Notes under the pieces: generated by a model
Told to the model about the DNA's origin: nothing
Database searches by the model: none
Seen by the model: only the letters and a program-made list of their open reading frames with translations
Made by a program: the position numbers and the translations under genes
From: Ylistrum balloti
Lineage: Eukaryota
Length of the DNA stretch: 64,000 nucleotides
Assembly: GCF_031769215.1 (NCBI RefSeq)
Contig: NW_026781898.1
Span: 310,001-374,000, forward strand
Reading direction: 5' to 3'
Part shown: positions 54,073-64,000 of the stretch, piece after piece
Numbering within the stretch: the stretch's first letter is position 1
How the letters are laid out: each line of letters begins with the position of its first letter

Positions 54073-57000
54073 CTACATGGGAGGTTCTGTAAATAGTTTC
54101 ACTTTGTCTTCTACAACAGCAATGAGTTTCTTATTAAGTAGACGGTCAAAATGATCGTTAATGCTCGTGTGATGGTACATAGGGTGTACCAGAGATTCTG
54201 CTGGTACTACTGCTAATATACCAGCAAAGTCATGAACAAACTGGCACCTGAAAAGACAAAAATCAATGTCAAAATTTACAACATCTACCATGCCTTACTT
54301 ACTTAATTTCTGTATAAATGATCTTTTCTAACAATAGTCTTCAGTATCCCATTTATTAGTCAGTTTGGGAAGAGATATCAGAATATTTTTTGTGTAATAA
54401 TATGGTTCTAGCAGTTTTTTCATTTTTGCTTTTTTCAGTAATGTAAAAAAAAAAACAAGTGGATTATTATGTCAAGCAGATGAAGACAGTAGATAGCATC
54501 TTAAAAGAAAAACTTACCATATACTTTGTAGCTGGTTGTCTAGGTCTAGAGGAGACGTTTTTATGTAGAGAGTTTCACCCCTGTGTAGGAGACTACTGAT
54601 CACAGAACTGCCAAACTACAAAACAACACAAAGAGTAATACATCACAATATCATATTAGAACAGTGCCAACAATAACATTGTACTAGTATAATGAGATAA
54701 AATGCTTTTTTGCCTTCTATATTTTGGTTAGGAAAATCCACTTACTTTGTTCTGAATTGCGACAGCTACAGATTTGGACTGGTTACTACTAGATTCCTGC
54801 TGTAGTTCTCTGGAGAACTTGACAAGCGAGTCAAGATCACAGGTGTCCAATACTTGAGTAACAGGATTATGTAGAACCATCAGGCCCTGATCAAACAAAG
54901 ATTGAATGGACTCAAAACCATGTGGAATAAAGTAGTTAAAATCATTAATTTTATCATTGACTATCACACAACAAAACATATTGCCTTCACAAAAGAGTTT
55001 CCTCATGAAAATCGGTGTATTATCTCAAAACTGCAAGAAATATTTAGAACCATTTACATGTTGAATTGAAAATCAATTATGTTTTTCAGAGTTGATTTTT
55101 TATGTTATAAAACAACCATGATATCCCAGCAGAACACGGACAGGTCCACAAGCGCCCTGTTGTGTGGCTATACATGACTTAACCTTTGGTAAATTGACCT
55201 TTTGTCTACTTACAATTCACTTTGCCCTTGACTTAAATGATTCAAATGTCAAATCTATTTACTTTTATCTTTAAACAATTCACTTCTTGTTCAATTCTGA
55301 CAAACTTATCAATGTCAAAACAAAATGTTCATAATTGAATATTTACAAAATTTGATCTTGACCTTTGAACCAGTGAAATTGGGACTCTTTGACTTGGTTA
55401 CCTGGACTTTTAATCATCTAATGCATCAGAGTAAAGATACAAAATTTGACTTTGACCTTTAGACTAGCTGACAATGACCTTTGGACAGTTGACTCCTTGT
55501 TTATTCTGATCAACTTAGCTTCATAATGTCATCACAAAACATTCAGTGAAAAGACCCAAAATTTGACCTTGATCTACCGACCCTCATCTCTGACCTGATT
55601 TTTTGTCAGTTGAGTTGCTGTTAAATCATTACCAAACTTTGCTTCCTAATGTCATCACTACATGATCAGTGAAAAGATTACCAAACTTTGCTTCCTAATG
55701 TCATCACTACATGATCAGTGAAAAGATTACCAAACTTTGCTTCCTAATGTCATCACTACATGATCAGTGAAAAGATTACCAAACTTTGCTTCCTAATGTC
55801 ATCACTACATGATCAGTGAAAAGACCCAAAATTTGACCTTGATCTACCGACCCTCATCTCTGACCTGATTTTTTGTCAGTTGAGTTGCTGTTAAATCATT
55901 ACCAAACTTTGCTTCCTAATGTCATCACTACATGATCAGTGAAAAGATTACCAAACTTTGCTTCCTAATGTCATCATTACATGATCAGTGAAAAGATTAC
56001 CAAACTTTGCTTCCTAATGTCATCACTACATGATCAGTGAAAAGATTACCAAACTTTGCTTCCTAATGTCATCATTACATGATCAGTGAAAAGATTACCA
56101 AACTTTGCTTCCTAATGTCATCACTACATGATCAGTGAAAAGACACAAATTTGACATTGACCTAATGACCTAGCCTTCAGTATTTTTGAGAACTGGATAT
56201 ATTAACAAAATTTCATGTTAATCAGTCAACAATTGCTAAAATTATCAGCCAGGAACTGAATTTGTGGACAGCCAGATGGATGGACAGTGTTTACTACAGG
56301 GCACCCTCATCTCCAATACATGGACCTAATTATTTTTCTTTAAACAGCTCTTTCCGTAATGACAGACAATACTTCATGAACTGGTTCTCAAATTTATTCT
56401 GAGCCTTAATACAATGACCCCGCCAGATAACCTAGAACCTACAATGGAGATAACTCCTAACTTGAAGGAAACAATTACCAGTGTCACAAACTTCTAGTTA
56501 ACTGGTTATAGACCTTCGAGTGGCAGTGTGTTTTTAAAGAGCCATCAAGGAAAAAGGCTTCACAATCAATCTTATAGTAAGGTTATTACATCTGTATGTA
56601 CTAAGATAAAAATTTATGATTTTGATAAAATTATATCCAGAAACTGATTTTGAAATTTTAAAATAAAAATTTTTGAGTTACTTCAGACAAATGTTTAGAA
56701 ATCCATACACTTACCATATAGTATATGGCAATATTTCATAAAGACAAACAAAATATCAATGACATAGTTAGGAATAATAATATGACATGTGTCAGATCTA
56801 TATATATCTTACCTCCTCTTTCTGGTCTCTCTTGATGAGAGCTTGAAGATTTCTCAGGACAAATGAAATCAAACTTTCTGATAAATCCTGTAAATGAGAT
56901 AAATGTGTCAGTGATAAATCAGATTCATGTATATTGATATGTAAATCAATGGAAAGGTCTAAAATACTAATTAGTTACTCTGAGGTCATCATCACCTGAA

Positions 57001-60000
57001 ACCTGTTTTTAAATCATCACATGATTCAAGAAAATGCAATAGTTTAGTAGTTGGTGAGGAATGTGCAAACAAACTTATATACGGCAAATGTTTCAGTAAA
57101 ATGAGCCAAGAAAGTTGAATAAATTATTGTGGTATTGTGTGTACATCAACAGAAGAAAACTACCTGGTATATGTCAATCAATTTCAAATCTGGGTTTTCC
57201 AGACTACAAGCCAATGTGACTGCATATTAAAAGCTGACAGAAGGATGTATCATTTACAGTCTAAAAAAGGGGACAAAATAATTCTATATTTCAATATAAA
57301 GAAAGCATCCTTCAGAAATGATACTATTCAATATTTAATATAAAATTTGAAGTAAAATGAGATCATGACATAACTGTAAATCGAAGAGTATTACCTTTCC
57401 CAGTAAGGGAAGAACACGGGCAACCAGTTTTCTCCCTTTTCTCAATGACATCACAGATAGGAAGTGCTCAGAGCTGTTTTGATGAGTAAGGTAGCTGTGT
57501 AGACTGTGCAGTAGCTCTAATCTTTCAGTGGCCAGTGGTACCCTGTAACAGCAGAAAAATCTATAAAGTTGCATGTTAAAGGAAAATACTTCTCAATGTT
57601 CACAATATTTACTTTACACAATAATTGTAGCATGTAAAAAATTTTCCAATCAATCCACCAGCATCAGAATATCACTTACCCTTTGAGAAGGTAGGTCATC
57701 AGAAAAAATCTGAGTACAACAGTATGATACTCACCTAGACTCCTCCGGTAATGCTAATATCCTCTTCTCTATGTCATCCACCTCCAACAGCAAGTCATAG
57801 CCCTACAAAACCAAGGTTTATTCATAAAACTATCAAACTTGACTACATTTTGATGGAAACATTGAACTGTGATCAGGGTAAACAAACCAATGGATACATC
57901 AATATATCAGGGTCATCTCCTAACCAACAATACTCACTTTTGTTTATTAGTTTGACCAACTGGACCTGGATTGTTTGTTTATGAAATCAGAATGGTCCTA
58001 TTAGTCTTATTTTGCTTTTTGTTCTGTTGCTGGATTTATCACTTTGTAAACAGCTTGGGGCAATTTGAGGCTACCTCACTGACAATATACTTTATATTCT
58101 GACAAGCCCAATATTATCCTTGAAACGCTACAAGTGTTTACAAACTGGTTTTTCTACAAAATGAAAATGGCCCTACATTTAGCATTTTAGCAAGGGGAAG
58201 TAATCCAGAGTATTTGTGCTGTTTGTAACACGGACAATGACGGATGTATATAATCCTTATATTTATGAAATTCTTCAATATAATAGTCATCTTTATATCT
58301 TCTCACCTTTTCGATCTCCATGAGCAGTTGTCGTGATCTTCGTAACTCTTTACTAGTATTCTTACCATCAGAATCATCCAAACCATGAACATGTGACCTC
58401 ACATCAATTATCTGACGTGGATTGTGCACACTGGAAGTGGTTAGACGACCTAGAGAACCTTCAAACTGGGCTGAAAGCAATATATTATCCAAATAAATTT
58501 CTAAATTGACAAATCTATGGACGGATTTTTTCCCAAAAAACATTATCATGATGTTAAAATGTACTTCCCATGTGTTCCGACAATTTGATAACAGTTCTGT
58601 ATAAATTATTTCAAGAAAAACATTCAAGTGATCACAAAAATTTCCAAAAGAGCCTTGGCAATCCCAAGTGGTGGCCTATATTTACTTTTACTGGTCATTT
58701 TAAAACTTCTAATTTGCTCTTTAGATTAACCAAATAACAAAGAAAATTGTTTCAAGTCCTTCAGTTTTATTGATTTGTAAAAGACAGGTATTTTGTATAG
58801 CCAAGCCAGCATATTTTTACTCTGAAATCTTCATCAGATTGGTATTGTTTCATATTAATCTAATAACTTCTATCAAGGTCTAACCAACACTTAATGTGCT
58901 TGGGTAGTAATCTAAGGGCAGACAACTCAGTTTTGTACCCACCTGGTTTGTAAGCACGAGTTTCCAGCTTTCCAAGAGATGGGATAATCAGTTTTGGATC
59001 ATCTTCCTTGCTGCTAATGCCATTCTGTGTCATCTTCTGGCGCTCTAACATCTTCTTCTTTAACATGTAAGTCTGCAGTAAGGAAAATATTTCATAAGTA
59101 CACCATCAAAACATTTCAGAACTTTAGGACAGGGTGAGTAAAGAGGCTGATATACAATACTTATTACCAGACATGAACTTATTGTGGTAATTTTATATTC
59201 AAGTTTCACTAAATAAGGCATGTTATCGGCACTGACATGAATACTTTCCAGTCTCCTATGTACTGACACAAGAAAAAGAAAGGCATGTTATCGGCACTGA
59301 CATGAATACTTTCCAGTCTCCTATGTACTGACACAAGAAAAAGAAAGGCATGTTATAGACACTGACATGAATACTTTCCAGTCTCCTATGTACTGACACA
59401 AGAAAAAGAAAGGCATGTTATAGACACTGACATGAATACTTTCCAGTCTCCTATGTACTGACACAAGAAAACGAAAGACATGTTACAAAGTGCATCCCAT
59501 TCATTACTGAGGATGAATCAGGAAGCATCAGTACCATCAACACATTTATCAGCAATTAGGTAAGAAGCCTCCTTCAATTTTGCTGAATCATGATTATGAT
59601 CTTTAAGGAAAAGCTGGGTCTGTCGCTACAAACCCATTGGTGAGAAGGAAATTATCTACACAAAAGAATGCTTTATCCATGCTGATTTGCCTCTTCAATA
59701 CATAAAGTGTGCATTCTGCCATGTTTTTATTTCATCAAAACAAGGCTCATAAACTAGTCACTCAATATATATACTACACAGATATACTGTATAAGTATAG
59801 CAGAAAATATAAACTCACTGTGTAGTAGAAATCATCTAGATAAGGGTTGTCAGTTTGTAGCTGCATCAGTTGAATCTTAATGATCCAGTCTTTTTCTTTC
59901 TTCGTCATCAGACCAGCATACTCGTCAGAGGGCCGATTCTCCTGGTCATTTTGGTAGGAGTAGTAGCGACGATGATTGTTATGGTGGTCATAATTATTCC

Positions 60001-62418
60001 TTTGTTCATAACTGTTCCTGTCTCTGTTATCATAGTCATGGTCGTATCTGTTATCTCGATAACCTCTGAAAAGCAGATTGCAAACAAAATTTATCAAACT
60101 GTCATCAAAGTTATCATTAAAATTAATACTTAAAAATAAAAAAAACCTTTTTTTTACCTCCTCGACATTGTTTATTAGATATTTTTTTGAATAAGTACAT
60201 ATAAGTTTCAAAACTACAATTTTTTCTTTGATCGAAGTCTAATGTCAAAATATAGGTCACAGTAACCAACTTTTGATAAATGACACACCATCTCACCACT
60301 GTGAACCCATATCCCAAGTAGACAGTTCTAGTGACAAGTAGTGTAGGAGATAGAGCCCACTAAAGATAGCTGAGCAAGCCACAGAAGGATGGTTGGACAC
60401 AATGAAAAACTGGTTCATGGATGGGAGCTTATAAATATATGACTGATATATATTTTAACTTTGGAAATTGGGATAACCAGAGCCTTCTGTTTACCAAAAA
60501 GGTTATTAAACGAGAAAAAAACTTAAACATAAAAACCAAGAGAAACAGCCAAAGAACAGTACCTGTTATTATTGTTATGATATCCACGGTGGACTCCTCG
60601 CCCTCGATGGTACCGCTCTCCTTGAGGAGTGTATCGATCACCTTTGAGATGGTATCCTCTATCCCGTTGTGGAGTGTAACCATCACCCTGTGGAGGGTAG
60701 CCCCTCTCACCCTGATGCATATATCGATCACCTTGAGGATGTTGTCCTCTCTCTCCTGGAGGGTGTGTTGGATAGGGTCCCCTAAAATATATATTCAATG
60801 CAATGAAGATATCTTACTGATGGAAGCTGCTAGATTTATTTATTACTTCTACTACTTAGTTAGATTTTGCTCTTTAACACTGTTTTTTCAAAAATGACCA
60901 TTTACATATCTATTCATGGCAATCAGCTCAGGGGGCCAACACATAAATTTTGATGCAAAATCAAGGAGTGGGCATCTCATAGGGCAATGAGACAGTATTT
61001 GTTATCATTAAACATCAACAACAAACTGGTGACCCTAATACCAGACATGGATTTATTGTCAGATAATGGTTTAGACTGTCTTTCATCAAAATCTCCAACC
61101 TTTCACAAAGTACCTTAATACTAAAATATCTTGCTTCTAAAATACATCACACATAGGTTGAAGTATTATCCTACCTAGGGCCTGGACCTGCTGGACTGTG
61201 GTTGGGCCCAGAACTGTGATATGGCCCTCCTGGAGATGATCCTTGAGGGAAGTGACCACCAGGACTATTATTGTATGGACTCTGATTGGTTGGCGGACGT
61301 TGCTGGAGCTGTTGCCGTGGGATACCTATTGGTTGTGATGGCAACCTATTTCCTGTAAAGATGTAAGATATTTAGGTATTAGATTATTAATAACCAATCC
61401 AAAGAAAAAATGTACTATTGGCCACAACTAATTGCACCGAGATGTTTCATCTATTCATTTACTTTAATGAAATATGTCTAACTTTGTATCAAAGCATGAT
61501 TCAGACAGATCTTATTCTAATTTTGACAATTGTTTTCTATGGCATATATAATGCTGGTGCACCATACTTATGAATCCATCACACTGCTAACCTGCTGACG
61601 TTGTTTAATTATTTAGATTACAAGATTGATCTGTGTATGGTATATTACAGCATGACTATATATGGAATAATTGTCAAGACACATTGTATATTTGTTCTAG
61701 AATTTATCAATATCCATTTGCAGAAAACACTTTGATGTCATAAAGCATTACACAAGTCAAATCAATAACATAAGACAACACATAGTACATAGTTATAAAC
61801 AGGTGCTAGAAAGTCACAAACGTGCATAAATGTCGGAAAATTACGTAATACAGTAAAGTTACCAGCATTACACATATAACTGCTTCAATATTTTTTACAT
61901 GTCAAATTCTGACTTTACCAAACCAACTATCACATAAGAATTATATAATCATTTCTGGATTTAAAATACCAATACACCAAACATGATCAAAACAGAAGCA
62001 ACAAAGACCCTGCATCTCCAAGTAAAAGATTTTATTAATATCGGCAAGTGTGCGCACCGACACCTTTCATGGTCCATGAACCTAAATGACAACTCTTTAA
62101 CCTCTATAAATTCTAGAAAGATTATGGTTCCTAAAAGCTGTCCTTTTTGAGCCAATGTTTGTGCCAATTATTTAGAAATCTGCACAGATCTGACATAAGA
62201 GGCAAACCAGATAACCAGATTGCTGCATATCCTCATCTGAACTATGATATACTTCAAGTTATACATACCCATGGGGCCCATCATGGCACCTCGCGCATAT
62301 GGGGACATCATTCGCGTCGGAATTGGTGACTGAAAGCGGTTTGGTACCCCAGCCCCCGGGGGAGCCCCTGGTGGAGGTGATGGGGTCAACCTTGTAATAG
62401 GGGATATACCAGACATTC
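54073..62418 (-). CDS. PATL1: PAT1 homolog (Pat1/PATL1/HPat; decapping activator, P-body scaffold), 5' exons not found. Exons: 62269-62418, 61175-61352, 60563-60781, 59819-60065, 58943-59072, 58307-58470, 57735-57802, 57395-57542, 56813-56887, 54746-54886, 54518-54615, 54073-54247
   Basis: Signature PAT1 motifs are present: [62 protein letters not shown]|[42 protein letters not shown] and AIQNK|[14 protein letters not shown]. All 11 GT-AG introns are phase-compatible, giving about 596 codons. A Pro-rich N-terminal part is present. Confidence 0.95.
55545..56140. repeat. Intronic 49-bp minisatellite nested in a ~270-bp duplication, within a TE-like relic
   Basis: Unit accaaactttgcttcctaatgtcatcactacatgatcagtgaaaagatt. 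The block gacccaaaatttgaccttgatctaccg occurs at 55553 and 55823. Confidence 0.92.
59216..59480. repeat. Intronic 65-bp tandem repeat (~4 copies)
   Basis: aggcatgtta starts at 59216, 59281 and 59346, and a further copy follows. Confidence 0.95.
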
Positions 62419-62796
62419 CTGAAACAGATCCACAGCAGTCTACAACCTCTATATATGGGCAGTGTGAATACCAAACCTAGCCCATAATATCTGAACAATT
62501 TTTGAAATCTTAAAACATTTTTTTCTGGTTGGTAATGTCAATAGAATAGAAGTTCTTTTAAAATGAACACAGACCAATACCTTAACTTCAGCTTGCACCA
62601 GAAGTTGGGTGATGTATGAACCTTGCTCAACAGATGTGAAATGATTGTCACAGAAGAACAAGACAGGAAGCAAGAACAAAATCACATCCATAGCACCATG
62701 AAAACATGGGTACTCTAATTGGGCAATCCAGAAAGTTAACAATGAATTTGATGTAAGCAAAAAGAGGATTTACTGTGGTCATGGCATTGCAGGGGC

Positions 62797-62947
62797 CATG
62801 AAACCTCACAAGACACTCTAGTCTACCCTGAAACCTCACAAGACACTCTAGTCTACCCTGAAACCTCACAAGACACTCTAGTCTACCCTGAAACCTCACA
62901 AGACACTCTAGTCTATCCTGAAACCTCACAAGACACTCTAGTCTACC
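62797..62947. repeat. 30-bp tandem repeat tgaaacctcacaagacactctagtctaccc (5 copies)
   Basis: Directly visible. Confidence 0.95.
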
Positions 62948-62977
62948 TTAAAGATAAAACACCCAAAGAATGTCACA

Positions 62978-63320
62978 GAATGCGTATACAAAATCGGATA
63001 TTCAAACTGCTACGTGTCATATATTGGAGAAACAGGCAGGAGATTTTGGGTTCAACTCAATGAACATCAAAAAGACCCAGAATCCCAAGAATACAAAAAA
63101 ATTCACTAGATCAGAGAGAAACCTTTACAATCCCAGATCAAAAGATCTGCACCTACAGATCATTCCACACAGCAAAATCATATCAATGACTTGGAAAATT
63201 CCAAAATAGTTGACACAGAAAACAATGTTTTCAGACGGTTGGACAAGGAAACCATCTGGATACCCCGTAGCGGGCCAGTACTGAATAGGGACGAAGGGGG
63301 CCACAGACTTTCACACAATG
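62978..63320 (+). mobile_element. Penelope-like GIY-YIG relic (same family as 111-650)
   Basis: ECVYKIGYSNCYVSYIGETGRRFWVQLNEHQK, then after a frameshift SAPTDHSTQQNHINDLENSKIVDTENNVFRRLDKETIWIPRSGPVLNRDEGG. Confidence 0.85.
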
Positions 63321-64000
63321 ACACCTGGCTGTAACAAAGAAATGAACTCTAGCTTCTGATTCCTTTAAAGATGTTTAAGGATTTCAACACCTGGGACTTT
63401 GAAAGCTTAAGTCAACTGACCAAACAAATGATGAATGATGCACAATGGCTAATTCCTACCACATGTCATATGAAAAGGCAAATCAATTCAGCTCAGAAAA
63501 TCATTCTATATCATGAGAAAATACACACAACAGAAGATTATACAGGATATACAGCACACACTTAGCTTGATTCTCCAATTTTGAGACATTCCTAAGTCTA
63601 ACCTTTTTAAGTCTAAAATATACATTATCTTCATGGGAAATCTTAATCTTACAGTTAAAGAAGAAAAAAAACATTTCCCATTAAAATAACAAGATCAAAT
63701 TCTGATTTTTATTTTTGTTTCGTAATCCCACTCTCTACTGTCATCCTTCCTTTACCTAATCACTTTCCTATCTTTATTCCTATGCTGAAAGGCCAAAAGG
63801 AAGTAATATCGACCATAAAACCCATTGAATGTATTAAATTAATTACAGAATCTGCCTTTCAAGATGATAGACTTAGGATTTCATGTTTTCAAATGAAACA
63901 CAAGAATAATAAATACTGTAAGGCTTTTTTCTAGACTACTCTTGAGATTTAAAAGAAAACAAGAATTCTGAACAGTTCTCTACCAAAATCTGCACATAAA

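Noticed and set aside
60421-60897. + strand 158-aa ORF and hydrophobic - strand ORF 60429-60731
   Set aside because: They are off-frame or antisense readings of the PATL1 repeat exon.
62449-62760. Candidate upstream PATL1 exon ending at about 62581
   Set aside because: No convincing acceptor, phase match or PAT1 similarity. The 5' exons are probably beyond the window.

Overview
AT-rich, intron-containing animal genomic DNA. The repeat types, the many minisatellites and a mosaic CpG pattern suggest a bivalve mollusc (oyster-like); this is an inference. (1) The region 5.4-46.6 kb holds a head-to-tail array of seven divergent two-exon genes on the + strand (G1-G7). Each has a long disordered Arg/Ser/Pro/Lys-rich coding exon, one phase-0 GT-AG intron and a short terminal exon. 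In G2, G5 and G6 the terminal exon carries only the C-terminal third of a GAS2-related (GAR) microtubule-binding domain (MVRVGGG[WF]M...HxP). G1 and G7 keep only the motif downstream of it, and G3 and G4 appear to have lost it. The proteins also share short motifs: RPx[ST][AGP] kinase sites, LC8-type TQT/VQM sites and an EILHYxD...EP[VI][FY] motif. This looks like an unannotated, lineage-expanded cytoskeletal or ciliary gene family. (2) The region 54.1-62.4 kb holds 12 exons of a PAT1/PATL1 mRNA-decay and P-body gene on the - strand, with its 5' end not located, lying in a strongly CpG-depleted domain. The window also contains Penelope-like GIY-YIG fragments (3), a mariner relic, non-autonomous DNA-element relics and about 10 mostly unrelated minisatellites. 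No rRNA, tRNA or CRISPR was seen.
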